Source: Nitrosopumilus sp. (GTDB lineage: Archaea > Thermoproteota > Nitrososphaeria > Nitrososphaerales > Nitrosopumilaceae). From it: a stretch of DNA of 64,000 nucleotides. The position numbers and the translations under genes were made by a program. A model generated the notes under the pieces. It did no database searches, was not told where the DNA came from, and worked only from the letters and a program-made list of their open reading frames with translations. This document shows, piece by piece, positions 49,111 through 59,014 of the stretch. Position 1 is the stretch's first letter. Every line of letters begins with the position of its first letter. The DNA lies in assembly GCA_965224195.1 (NCBI GenBank), contig OZ245040.1, forward strand, positions 448,001-512,000. The letters are read 5' to 3'.

Positions 49111-49665
49111 TTAATTTTCTTTCCACTTGATTGAGCATCCAATTGAGGGGTCAAAATCTTTTTCAATTTTTTCTCCAGCTATCAATTTTTCCATATTGAT
49201 GATCATTGTTTTTTCAGTTGCCTCATCATCTGGTTTCATAGCGTTGTCTATTTTTCCATGAAAAATTAGCTGTTTTTGTGCATTAAACAAGAAAGGATCT
49301 GGAGTACACATGGCACCATATTTTTTAGCAATTTCCTGTGTCTCATCTACTAAATAATCAAATTCAAATCCTTTCTCTTTTGCTGTTTCTTTCATAGCTT
49401 CAAAACTATCTTCTGGATAATCTGTAGAATCATTACTGTTGATTCCAATTATTGCTATATCTTTACCGCATTTTTCAAATAATTCATTGAGTGCGTCTAC
49501 TTTTGCTTTCACATATGGACAATGATTACACATGAAAATTACTAGAATTCCTTTGTAATTCCCATAATCATTTAGTGAATGTGTTTTATCGTCAATTCCC
49601 ATTAATTCAAAACCTGGTGCGATATCTCCTGTTTTTAGTTTGATTTGTGATTCTAAAAGTACCAT
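49111..49665 (-). CDS. AhpC/TSA thioredoxin-like protein
   Basis: APGFEL, CNHCPYV, CTPDPFLF, GCSIKW. Confidence 0.92.
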   Translation of the reverse strand: MVLLESQIKLKTGDIAPGFELMGIDDKTHSLNDYGNYKGILVIFMCNHCPYVKAKVDALNELFEKCGKDIAIIGINSNDSTDYPEDSFEAMKETAKEKGFEFDYLVDETQEIAKKYGAMCTPDPFLFNAQKQLIFHGKIDNAMKPDDEATEKTMIINMEKLIAGEKIEKDFDPSIGCSIKWKEN

Positions 49666-49745
49666 ATTGAAAATATCGTGTTTTCAAATAAAATCCTTGC
49701 CAAGAAGACAACAATTAAAATCCACACTTTATCCATTCTTCTTGT

Positions 49746-49819
49746 GGGCCGGTAGTATAGCCTGGTAGTATACCCGCCTTGCACGCGGGGGGTCACGGAT
49801 TCGAATTCCGTCCGGTCCA
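49746..49819 (+). tRNA. tRNA-Ala(TGC)
   Basis: G3.U70 pair; CCCGC-CTTGCAC-GCGGG. Confidence 0.95.
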
Positions 49820-49889
49820 CTTCTCCCGATCAATACTGAAATTTAGACTTCAGGATGGATTTAAATAGGATAAGTTTTGGTTTTTACGT

Positions 49890-49991
49890 ATGACAAGTGT
49901 AGTCGATGGATGGCCTGTATGGATTCCACTCATTGTTGGTTTAGCACCAGGTTTAGTTTACTGGTTAGCAATTACCGCAAAGAGAAAATAA
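49890..49991 (+). CDS. 33-aa single-TM peptide MTSVVDGWPVWIPLIVGLAPGLVYWLAITAKRK
   Basis: TTTAAATA box at 49860-49867, leaderless spacing, hydrophobic core with KRK tail, T-rich terminator. Confidence 0.7.
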   Translation: MTSVVDGWPVWIPLIVGLAPGLVYWLAITAKRK

Positions 49992-50120
49992 AATTAGCAT
50001 ATATTTTTAATTTCTTTTTATTCTCCTAACTTTTAGTGTAAACTGGGTTTAACGTTGTTACCTTATTTGTTCACTATTTGTTATGTTACCTGAAATTAAT
50101 CCCCAATCTTAAAGGAAATT

Positions 50121-51188
50121 ATGATGAAAGTAGTTTTATGCTCATTTTTGATATTACTTTTAGTTCCTTTTTCACAAGCATTTTCTGCAGAAACTACAGA
50201 CACTCCTTCCACACTTAATGTATCTCTAAGCAATGAATCTCCATTTGTATATCAAGACTCTGAAGGCTATACCGTAGTTGTTGGATTAGTTGATAATAAC
50301 AATCCTCTAACTCCAATATCTAATGTTCAAATTCAAGTAAATTTCTATGATGATTTAGATCCTACTCCTTTAGAAGTTGTACAAGGAACTACCACACTTG
50401 AAGTAATTCCTGCTAATGGTAAATCCACATATTCAATTCGCTCTCAATCTACAAATCCAAGTATATCTGAGGCTTCTGTTTCTCTATTGGGATTTGATTC
50501 CTCAGTAGAAAAACAAAAAGGGTTAACAGTGTATTCTACTGATGTGTTTTTGGATACATCCTTTAGATTTTCAGGAGTTTTACAAAATGGAGGAGCTCCA
50601 AGTGCTGATACCAATGTCTATCTTGCATTTTATGATGGCTTTGAGCCTTCTAGAATCCTTAGTGTATCTACAGTTGAATTAGGAAACATAGATCTAAACA
50701 CTGATGTATCCTTTGAGTTAGATGAGGAAATTAACTCAAGAGCAGTAGGGTTTTTCTTGTTTGCAGAATCTAGTGTTTTTATTTCTGACTTGATAGATAT
50801 TAAAATTCCTGAATCTGGAATTCTTGATAAATTAATCACTATTTCAAATATATCAGTAGAAGATATAAGTGGAAATAAATTATCTGAATTAAGTGTAGGT
50901 TCTCAAGCAAACATAAAAAGTGAAACTTGGATTCAATTTACTGCAGATCCAGAAACCAATGAAACTGCATACACATACTATGTACAAGTAAAAGAATCTG
51001 GTGAATCTCCATATGTAGAATATATTGGAACATTTGATGGGAGATTTATTGGAACTGGTCAAGAAACACAAACCATAGATTGGATTCCAGAAAAAACTGG
51101 TTTGTATTTCATTGAAACTTTTGTTTGGGATCGAAATAATATTCCAATTGCCGAACAGGGCCCATTTGTTCTAGTAATCGTGAATTAA
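50121..51188 (+). CDS. secreted acidic beta-rich hypothetical protein
   Basis: Signal peptide; VVGLVDNN...VNFYD; C-terminal WIPEKTGLYFIETFVW. Confidence 0.75.
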   Translation: MMKVVLCSFLILLLVPFSQAFSAETTDTPSTLNVSLSNESPFVYQDSEGYTVVVGLVDNNNPLTPISNVQIQVNFYDDLDPTPLEVVQGTTTLEVIPANGKSTYSIRSQSTNPSISEASVSLLGFDSSVEKQKGLTVYSTDVFLDTSFRFSGVLQNGGAPSADTNVYLAFYDGFEPSRILSVSTVELGNIDLNTDVSFELDEEINSRAVGFFLFAESSVFISDLIDIKIPESGILDKLITISNISVEDISGNKLSELSVGSQANIKSETWIQFTADPETNETAYTYYVQVKESGESPYVEYIGTFDGRFIGTGQETQTIDWIPEKTGLYFIETFVWDRNNIPIAEQGPFVLVIVN

Positions 51189-51251
51189 TTCTACTATTGT
51201 CCATATCATTTCTCACCGTTTAAATGCAGAAAGGAATGTACAATCTTAATT

Positions 51252-51944
51252 ATGAATAAGAAAATTTTCACAATTTCAATAATCTCTTTAATTCTGATAT
51301 CTTCTTCTGGACAGTCAGTTTTGGGTTATGGTGGACCACCAGAACAAAGTAGTGCTAATAATTATACTGTAGATATTATTTCTGACAATGCATCATACGC
51401 ACTTGGAGAATCTGTAATATTTTCTGGCAGCGTAAACAAATATGATGAAGACAGAAATTTACGAATTACAATTTTTGGTACTGGTAATAGTCTAATCTTA
51501 TCTCAAAAAACTCCTGTAAATGAAGATGGTACCTTCTTACATGAAGTAAATCTTAATGAAAAATTCAGTGATGGTAAATTTACAGTAAAAGCCCAATATG
51601 GTAATTCAAAGACAACAATTGCAATTATTTCATTTGAAGTAATTTCTAACAATGTAGTTTCACAAGACAACAAAATTCCTGATTGGATTAAGAACAATGC
51701 TGGATGGTGGGCAGATGGACAAATAGATGATAATTCATTTGTTGAAGGAATTCAATTCTTAATCAAAGAAGGGTTTATGCAAATCCCAATCACTGAACAA
51801 GGTTCAGTTTCACAAGACAACAAAATTCCTGATTGGATTAAGAACAATGCTGGATGGTGGGCAGATGGACAAATAGATGATAATTCATTTGTTGAAGGAA
51901 TTCAATTCTTAATCAAAGAAGGATTCATGAAATTATCAAAATAA
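51252..51944 (+). CDS. secreted protein with two IPxWIKNNAGWW C-terminal modules
   Basis: Signal peptide, Ig-like region, duplicated IPDWIKNNAGWWADGQIDDNSFVEGIQFLIKEG. Confidence 0.8.
   Translation: MNKKIFTISIISLILISSSGQSVLGYGGPPEQSSANNYTVDIISDNASYALGESVIFSGSVNKYDEDRNLRITIFGTGNSLILSQKTPVNEDGTFLHEVNLNEKFSDGKFTVKAQYGNSKTTIAIISFEVISNNVVSQDNKIPDWIKNNAGWWADGQIDDNSFVEGIQFLIKEGFMQIPITEQGSVSQDNKIPDWIKNNAGWWADGQIDDNSFVEGIQFLIKEGFMKLSK
51656..51922 (+). repeat. 117-bp exact direct repeat, period 150
   Basis: 51656-51772 is identical to 51806-51922. Confidence 0.9.
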
Positions 51945-52023
51945 AGCAGAATTTTTAAATAATTTAGAGTAAAAATCAACAAAAAACTAGTATATTTATT
52001 TTCAAAGAAAATTATCATCTTAC

Positions 52024-52500
52024 ATGTCTAAATTCTCTCTTGTAGCAATAGGTGGAACTTTTGATATTATCCATAAAGGACATCTCACTTTACTATCAAA
52101 TGCATTTGATATTTCTGATAAAGTTATCATAGGAATTACCAGTGATGAATTTGCTGCAAAAAAAGGTAAAATTCTCACAAACAAGTATGATCAACGTTTT
52201 GAAAATTTAACATCTATTTTAAAAAAAAAATTCTCTAACGCCTCTTTTGAAATAAGTAAATTAGAAAACGATTTTGGACCAGCAGTTCTAGAAAAAGGAG
52301 TTGAAGCATTAGTCGTCAGTGATGAAACAAGTAATCAGGGAATCATTCTTAATGAATTGAGAGCAAAAAAGAATCTTCCACCAGTTCAAGTTGTTACGGT
52401 TCCAATGTTTTTGGCAAAAGATGGTACTCGAATATCCACGACTAGAATTAAAAATTCTGAAATAGATATTGATGGAAACTTGCTATCAATTGACAAGTAG
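52024..52500 (+). CDS. coaD: phosphopantetheine adenylyltransferase
   Basis: GGTFDIIHKGH, LVVSDET, RISTTRI. Confidence 0.9.
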   Translation: MSKFSLVAIGGTFDIIHKGHLTLLSNAFDISDKVIIGITSDEFAAKKGKILTNKYDQRFENLTSILKKKFSNASFEISKLENDFGPAVLEKGVEALVVSDETSNQGIILNELRAKKNLPPVQVVTVPMFLAKDGTRISTTRIKNSEIDIDGNLLSIDK

Positions 52501-52543
52501 CTTATCGAACTTTGAGTAATTGGAATAAAACAAAATTCTTGGA

Positions 52544-52882
52544 TTGAGCCTTATGGCAATCATTAACCACATGATGAAAAAAATTGATACTGATGTGGCA
52601 AATCTCAAACAGGGATTACATCCTCAAAATCTTTCATACTGGTATGATAAAATTATCAAAGAAACTATTGAAATGGCCCCTCCATGGCTTCAGGATAAAA
52701 TCAAAGTACATCAAGATCCTACTCTTCCAATGAAATTTAATTTAGATATCTCGAAACGTGCTGTAAGATATTTTATGATTGTTGTTGATAATAATTTAGA
52801 TGATATGCCATACTCAACAAAACTCTATTTCCTTAAAGTGCAAGAAATAATGTCAATTGAAATGGACAAATCTCTAGTTTAA
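52544..52882 (+). CDS. hypothetical protein
   Basis: ORF of about 110 aa, no motif recognised. Confidence 0.65.
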   Translation: MSLMAIINHMMKKIDTDVANLKQGLHPQNLSYWYDKIIKETIEMAPPWLQDKIKVHQDPTLPMKFNLDISKRAVRYFMIVVDNNLDDMPYSTKLYFLKVQEIMSIEMDKSLV

Positions 52883-52955
52883 TGAGATTTTTTTATTCTA
52901 GGCACAAACCAAAGCTCTAGGTATCTATAACCAATTGATCTCAATTTCTCTATTA

Positions 52956-54116
52956 ATGGACTTGTACAAATCAAAGTACTCAGATGGAAGAAATTCTATA
53001 CGAGAAAATAATACATCTCGCTCTTTTAGAAATTCTGGAGACACCCGAGGTACACGAGATGAATCTACAACTGTAACTTGCTCTGATTGTGGAAATCAAT
53101 GCACAGTTCCATTTGTTCCAAGAAGTAACAAACCAGTTTACTGTAGTGATTGTTTCAGACAAAACAAACCACAGGATTCAGGAAATGATAGATATTCCAG
53201 AGACGATAGAGGTTCAAGATATTCCAGAGACGATAGAGGTTCACGATATTCAAGAGATGATAGAGGTTCAAGATATTCAAGAGATGATAGAGGTTCAAGA
53301 GATAATGATAGAGAAGATACAGAGGTAACTTGCTCTGATTGTGGAAATCAATGCACAGTTCCATTTGTTCCAAGAAGTAACAAACCAGTTTACTGTAGTG
53401 ATTGTTTCAGACAAAACAAACCACAGGATTCAGGAAATGATAGACGTTCAGGAAATGATAGATATTCAAGAGATGATAGAGGTTCAAGATATTCAAGAGA
53501 TGATAGAGGTTCAAGAGATAATGATAGAGAAGATACAGAGGTAACTTGCTCTGATTGTGGAAATCAATGCACAGTTCCATTTGTTCCAAGAACTAACAAA
53601 CCAGTCTACTGTAGTGATTGTTTCAGACAAAACAAACCACAGGATTCAAGAGATGATAGACGTTCAGGAAATGATAGATATTCCAGAGACGATAGAGGTT
53701 CAAGATCATCTTATGGACGAGAATCTAGTAGAGGTGATAATAGATCTAGAAAACCTCGAAATGATAAATTTTTGAGAAAACAAGAGAGTTTTTTTTCAGG
53801 TGGTTCAGACAAATTTTTTGAAACAATTAAAGAAAAATTATATGAAATTCTGGGTGGAAAAGTCTGTTCTAGTTGTGGTTTTAGTGATGAAAGAGCTTTA
53901 GGAATTAGTCCAATTTCTGAAAATATCACTACTGATAATTCTGGACGTGGCGGTGATGCAGCCTCATGGGGCAAATATATCTCGGCACCAGATGTTGCTA
54001 GAGCCGAACTAAAGGTATTTTGTTTAAATTGTAATCAAGTTAGAGAACCATCCACAAAACCTACAGCAGACAGTTCAAGATCAAAATCAAAAATGAGCAA
54101 ATATTTTCCTAGATAA
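52956..54116 (+). CDS. triple CxxC-x17-CxxC zinc-ribbon protein with RYSRDDRGS repeats and C-terminal Cys-rich domain
   Basis: Three copies of CSDCG...VPFVP...PVYCSDCF; 27-bp microrepeats; CSSCG...FCLNC. Confidence 0.85.
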   Translation: MDLYKSKYSDGRNSIRENNTSRSFRNSGDTRGTRDESTTVTCSDCGNQCTVPFVPRSNKPVYCSDCFRQNKPQDSGNDRYSRDDRGSRYSRDDRGSRYSRDDRGSRYSRDDRGSRDNDREDTEVTCSDCGNQCTVPFVPRSNKPVYCSDCFRQNKPQDSGNDRRSGNDRYSRDDRGSRYSRDDRGSRDNDREDTEVTCSDCGNQCTVPFVPRTNKPVYCSDCFRQNKPQDSRDDRRSGNDRYSRDDRGSRSSYGRESSRGDNRSRKPRNDKFLRKQESFFSGGSDKFFETIKEKLYEILGGKVCSSCGFSDERALGISPISENITTDNSGRGGDAASWGKYISAPDVARAELKVFCLNCNQVREPSTKPTADSSRSKSKMSKYFPR

Positions 54117-54178
54117 TTAGTAAAATCATCTTTGAGAATTTGTTAACACTTTAATTATAATTATTTTCAAATTAATCC

Positions 54179-54262
54179 ATGAATGGTGATTTCAAAGCAT
54201 TAGGGATTTCTCTAATTGTTGTTGTTGGAATTGTAACTGCATATGCTGTATTTGGTCTATAG
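54179..54262 (+). CDS. 27-aa single-TM peptide MNGDFKALGISLIVVVGIVTAYAVFGL
   Basis: TTAATTATAA box about 25 nt upstream; hydrophobic; fills the gap to the convergent gene. Confidence 0.55.
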   Translation: MNGDFKALGISLIVVVGIVTAYAVFGL

Positions 54263-54264
54263 AA

Positions 54265-54546
54265 TCATTCTTTGACTATTTCTACAACATGTTCAATTAT
54301 TTTAGTTGAAACTAATGTATGTTCTTTGTCCAATACTGATTGTATAAAATCTGCAAAATACTCTACTGTTTCTTCATCTTTGAGTAGTATACTGTGAGCA
54401 GATTTATCTTTCAATGAAATCACCATTTCATTTTTCACAATATTTAGAATTCCTGTGATGAAAGTTTCTTTTCCATCATTTATGAAAACAAGACTGGCTA
54501 GTTTTTGTGCTTCGTATTTATCATCACAGGTAATGCTGATTTTCAT
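54265..54546 (-). CDS. hypothetical protein coupled to trpS
   Basis: ATGA start/stop overlap with trpS. Confidence 0.7.
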   Translation of the reverse strand: MKISITCDDKYEAQKLASLVFINDGKETFITGILNIVKNEMVISLKDKSAHSILLKDEETVEYFADFIQSVLDKEHTLVSTKIIEHVVEIVKE

Positions 54547-55655
54547 CTATTCTCAAAAAGAAATTGATCTATTTGATTTTTAGCTTTTTCTCTGTTTTCT
54601 TGATGGATTGCAAGAAATGCATTAATTTTCTCAATCAAGATTGCTTTTAGTTTGCCTGAAAGTAGTTTCCCTGATTTATAATCTTCATAAATTGTTTTTA
54701 ATTTATCATCATCTGGCTCAAAAAATATCCTTAGGTATTGATAGGATACATCGATATCTGGATTTCCACCCAGTTTTCTATGTTGTTCAATATCCGGTTG
54801 TCCTCCTGAAAATGCATGTTTGTTAATTTTTTTTTTTACTTCAGATGGAGAATCTGTTGTGTATATTGTACCTTTTTCATCCGATGCTGACATTTTTCCA
54901 CCAGGTCCTTCTAAACTAGGAATCATTATGTTGTGAATTAATGCAGGTTTTTGTTTTCCAATTTTTTGTGCTATATCACGTGTTAGTCTAAAATGAGGAT
55001 CTTGATCAACTCCTAATGGAATTAGCACTGGTTTATCTTCAATAAAACACGGAGCTGATTGTAATGATGTATAAAATATCATTCCAATATTTGTTTCATT
55101 TGTAAATCCAAACGTAGCTTTTGTATTTGAAAAATTAATTTTTTTTGCTACCTGGGCTGCAATTGGATATAATGTTTGAATATTTCTTGTGTTTATGATA
55201 ATTTTTGTTTTTTCTGGGTTGAAACCTAATGCAATAAAATCTAATGCATTTTCATAAGCAAATTTCTTTGTATCTTCTAAAGTAAGATTAGATTTTGAAT
55301 AAAATTTCTCATCATCGGTAAGTTGAAAATACAAATTCACATCAAATTTTTCTTGTAACCATTTTGCAAACATCCATGGTACCAAATGCCCTATGTGAGT
55401 ATGTCCTGAGGGGCCCCTTCCAGTATATAGAAAGAATTTGTTTCCTTTCTCATATTCATCAAGAATTCTATTCAGTTCTCTATGTGAGAAGAAAATGCCC
55501 CTTCTGAGCATAAAATGATCCTCGCCTGTAATTTTCTTGATTCTTTCGAGTAATTCTGAAGAAATTTTTTCAGTTCCAAATCTCTTGATTAGTTTATCAT
55601 AGTCGATATCGCCCTCAACATGCCAAGGCGTTACAGTAAAGTCATCAGCTGACAT
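54543..55655 (-). CDS. trpS: tryptophan--tRNA ligase
   Basis: YTGRGPS, HIGH, DQDPHFR, KMSAS. Confidence 0.97.
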   Translation of the reverse strand: MSADDFTVTPWHVEGDIDYDKLIKRFGTEKISSELLERIKKITGEDHFMLRRGIFFSHRELNRILDEYEKGNKFFLYTGRGPSGHTHIGHLVPWMFAKWLQEKFDVNLYFQLTDDEKFYSKSNLTLEDTKKFAYENALDFIALGFNPEKTKIIINTRNIQTLYPIAAQVAKKINFSNTKATFGFTNETNIGMIFYTSLQSAPCFIEDKPVLIPLGVDQDPHFRLTRDIAQKIGKQKPALIHNIMIPSLEGPGGKMSASDEKGTIYTTDSPSEVKKKINKHAFSGGQPDIEQHRKLGGNPDIDVSYQYLRIFFEPDDDKLKTIYEDYKSGKLLSGKLKAILIEKINAFLAIHQENREKAKNQIDQFLFENR

Positions 55656-55700
55656 TCATCTTGACTTAGGTTAAGGTTTAAAAAGTCTTTTTCGGATTCT

Positions 55701-57095
55701 TTGCTGTTGTCGCAAGTTTTTCATGATATTGAAAAAAAAATTATTACCTCATTAAGAGATAATCCAAAACAATCTCCTGAATCCCTGGAAAAATCAACAC
55801 AACTTTCCCCTGATCAAATTAGACGTGGAATTGAATGGCTAAAACTAAAAGATCTGGCAATTGTTTTTGAATCAAAATCAAGTGTGATGAGTTTAGGAAA
55901 AAATGGAATTGAATCATTTGAAAAAGGATTACCTGAAAGGAGATTACTAAATTTACTAAAGGATGGACCAAAAAAATTATCTGACTTGCAAAAAGAATTA
56001 GGATTTGTATTTGGACCTTCAATGGGGTTATCTAGAAAAAATAATTGGATAGAAGTCTCATCTGATGAAATTTCTATTAAGACTCCACCTTCAGATCTTC
56101 CAGGTGAAAAAACCCTCAAACTAATTGGAAATGCAAAATTATCTAAAGATAAAATTAACAGTACTGATTTATCTGGACTTTTAAGAAGACCTGATTTTAT
56201 TGTTGAGGATATTATTAAGGCAAAAGAAATTTCGTTATCTGATGCTGCAAAATCAATTAAGATTTCAGATTCAGTTGGAGGCATTGATGTTGAAGCTACA
56301 GTTCCAGATGTTTTTGTTGCAAGAACTCATCCACTAAAAGATACGATTGATGAAATTCGTGAAATTTTTGTCACACTTGGTTTTTCAGAAATTTTAGGCA
56401 ACATGACACAATCAAGCTTTTGGAATTTTGATGCTCTTTTTACTCCACAAGATCATCCGGCTAGAGAATTACAAGATACATTTTACCTTGATAAAATAAA
56501 TGCTAAAAAAATTGGAACTCCTGAACAAATTAGAAAAGTTTCTGAATCACACAAAAAGAATTGGAGATATCAATGGGACATAAACGAAGCAAGAAAAATG
56601 GTTCTTAGAACTCACACTACTTGTGTGACCATCAAACATTTAGCTGAAAACAAACCTGATGAGGCACGGATTTTCTCATTAGGACGTGTATTTAGAAATG
56701 AAAAAGTCAGTTACAAACATCTTGTGGAATTTAATCAAATTGAAGGAGTTGTCGTTGGAAAAGATGCATCTTTGAAAAATTTAATGGGAATTCAACGAGA
56801 ATTTTATAAACGAATAGGAATAACGAAGATAAAATTCTGGCCAACATTTTTCCCATATACTGAACCATCACTCCAGACTATGGTTTACAATGAAAAATTG
56901 GGAAAATGGATTGAGTTATTTGGAATGGGTATTTTTAGACCCGAAGTAACCAAACCTCTTGGAATTACACAACCTGTTTTAGCTTGGGGTGGTGGAATTG
57001 AAAGAATTGCAATGCTAAAATATGATCTAGCTGATGTAAGAGAGTTTTACAACAACGATCTTGGATGGTTAAGGAGTGCTAAAAAATGCCAGTAA
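55701..57095 (+). CDS. pheS: phenylalanine--tRNA ligase alpha subunit
   Basis: WNFDALF.PQDHPARE.QDTF, LRTHTT, VFRNE, FFPYTEPS. Confidence 0.97.
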   Translation: MLLSQVFHDIEKKIITSLRDNPKQSPESLEKSTQLSPDQIRRGIEWLKLKDLAIVFESKSSVMSLGKNGIESFEKGLPERRLLNLLKDGPKKLSDLQKELGFVFGPSMGLSRKNNWIEVSSDEISIKTPPSDLPGEKTLKLIGNAKLSKDKINSTDLSGLLRRPDFIVEDIIKAKEISLSDAAKSIKISDSVGGIDVEATVPDVFVARTHPLKDTIDEIREIFVTLGFSEILGNMTQSSFWNFDALFTPQDHPARELQDTFYLDKINAKKIGTPEQIRKVSESHKKNWRYQWDINEARKMVLRTHTTCVTIKHLAENKPDEARIFSLGRVFRNEKVSYKHLVEFNQIEGVVVGKDASLKNLMGIQREFYKRIGITKIKFWPTFFPYTEPSLQTMVYNEKLGKWIELFGMGIFRPEVTKPLGITQPVLAWGGGIERIAMLKYDLADVREFYNNDLGWLRSAKKCQ

Positions 57096-58726
57096 TCGAA
57101 TTATCTTATTCTCGTCTCCAAAAATTAATTGGAAAAGTATCGAAAAAACAAATTTCTGATTCTTTACCTTTTCTTGGATTGGATATTGAATCAGAAGATA
57201 AAGATCTTGTAAGGGTTGAATACAGTCCAAATAGACCTGATTATTCAACTGATTTTGGAATTGCGCTTGGTTTGCAAGGATTACTTGGGATTAAGACTGG
57301 TCCAATAAAACTAAATGTAAAAAAATCAAACAAATATCTGATTTCTGTTAAACCTAATGTCTCAAGAATTAGGCCATTTGTAACTGGAATTATTGCAAAA
57401 AATGGTAAAATTGACGATAAAACAATCAAACAATTAATGACTATGCAAGAAGATCTGCATTTTGGAATTGGAAGAAAAAGAAAAAAATCCTCTATAGGAA
57501 TACATGATTTAGATAAAATTTCATTCCCATTAGTTTACACTACAACTAATAGAAATCACAAATTCATTCCACTAAACTCTGAAAAAGAATTGGATATATC
57601 CGAAATACTTGATACAACTGATGTTGGAAAAGATTATGGTTCTTTACTTGGACAGTCTTCCCAAGTTCCTATAATTTTAGATGAGAAACAAAATACGGTA
57701 TCATTTCCTCCAATTATCAATGCGGCTGTTACGACTGTCACTACCAAAACAAAAAATCTCTTTGTAGAGGTAACTGGTCTCAATAAAGACGATGCTGAAG
57801 ACATGTTGTCCGTAGTAGCCACTGTTTTACAAAGTGCTGGGTTTACTTTAGAATCAGTAAAAATTACAGGTGCTAAAAATTCTTCACCAAAATTAGAACA
57901 TAGAAAAATAACTGTCAATTCTTCATTGATTAACCAAATTTTAGGTTTGAATCTTCCATCTTCAAAAATCATTTCATCCTTGAAAAAATCTAGATTGGAT
58001 GCATCATCTAAAGGAACAAACATTATTTGCACAATACCTGCATATCGATTTGACATTTTTGGTCCTATGGATTTAGTAGAAGAAGTTGCTTTAGGATATG
58101 GAATTCAAAATCTTGAACCTACAATATCCCCTTCTCAAACTATCGGAAAAACAAACCCTGTTTCATTAAAACTAAAATCACTGGATCAAACTATGATTGG
58201 ACTTGGATATCTTGAAGCTTTGAATTCTAGCTTGACCAGTAAACGTGTACTATATGATATGACCAACAGAGATTCAACAAAACTTCTCTCAGTACTTGAC
58301 TCAAAAAGCAGAGAACATACTATTTTACGTGACTCTATACTTCCAGGATTATTAGAAAACCTTTCAAGAAATATTCACGAGTCTTATCCTCAAAAAATGT
58401 TTGAAACTGGAACCGTATTTGCAACTGAAAATCCAATATCTGAAAAAATTAGTTTTTCCGGAATTAGTGCTCATAAAGATGCAAATTTTACAGAAATAAA
58501 ATCAATAATTCAAACCGCATTAAACATTGGATTTGGAATTAAAGTTGAAACAAGGACTTCAACTGATTCTACATTTGAAGAAGGTCATTGTGCATCAATT
58601 ATCCTAGATAATGTGCCAATTGGTATTATTGGAAAAATTGATTCAAAGATTATTGAAAATTATAAAATTCGTGTACCTGTAGTGGGATTTGAGATTTCTT
58701 TGTCAGACTCTGTTCTTAAAAATTAA
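57086..58726 (+). CDS. pheT: phenylalanine--tRNA ligase beta subunit
   Basis: PNRPD, RPFV, FPPIIN, YRFDI...DLVEEVA. Confidence 0.96.
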   Translation: MPVIELSYSRLQKLIGKVSKKQISDSLPFLGLDIESEDKDLVRVEYSPNRPDYSTDFGIALGLQGLLGIKTGPIKLNVKKSNKYLISVKPNVSRIRPFVTGIIAKNGKIDDKTIKQLMTMQEDLHFGIGRKRKKSSIGIHDLDKISFPLVYTTTNRNHKFIPLNSEKELDISEILDTTDVGKDYGSLLGQSSQVPIILDEKQNTVSFPPIINAAVTTVTTKTKNLFVEVTGLNKDDAEDMLSVVATVLQSAGFTLESVKITGAKNSSPKLEHRKITVNSSLINQILGLNLPSSKIISSLKKSRLDASSKGTNIICTIPAYRFDIFGPMDLVEEVALGYGIQNLEPTISPSQTIGKTNPVSLKLKSLDQTMIGLGYLEALNSSLTSKRVLYDMTNRDSTKLLSVLDSKSREHTILRDSILPGLLENLSRNIHESYPQKMFETGTVFATENPISEKISFSGISAHKDANFTEIKSIIQTALNIGFGIKVETRTSTDSTFEEGHCASIILDNVPIGIIGKIDSKIIENYKIRVPVVGFEISLSDSVLKN

Positions 58727-58801
58727 AATAAATTTATTAAAAAATAATTTTTGATATTATTCCTTCAATGGTTTTTAGTAGGAGTGATTCTATAATTAAT
58801 C

Positions 58802-58968
58802 GCCCAAGAGCAAGCATGCAGACGGATTAGGATGAGTCGATCGTAATGATACCAGTGATTTCTAATTCACCCAGGCGTGCCACATTATGGGCAACCCCGG
58901 TTTCAGAACGCGAGGAGGCGTATGGCTATGACCAATGAGTTTGTGCGAGTCAGAACCGGGGAACATAT
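58802..58968 (+). ncRNA. structured two-hairpin RNA, H/ACA guide-like
   Basis: GC-rich island; stems GCCCA/TGGGC, GCATGC/GCGTGC, GGATTAGGA/TTCTAATTC and CCCCGGTT/AACCGGGG; TGA..TGA K-turn-like motifs; ACA at 58963-58965 followed by a T-tract. Confidence 0.65.
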
Positions 58969-59014
58969 CTTTTTTTAAAAACCATTAAACACCGATAAAA
59001 TATGGTAAAATGAA

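Noticed and set aside
53073-53705. 27-bp repeats as CRISPR
   Set aside because: Tandem with no unique spacers; they encode RYSRDDRGS.
58802-58968. RNase P RNA, SRP RNA or T-box
   Set aside because: Too short, lacks recognisable P4 or SRP helix-8 motifs, and lies downstream rather than upstream of pheST.
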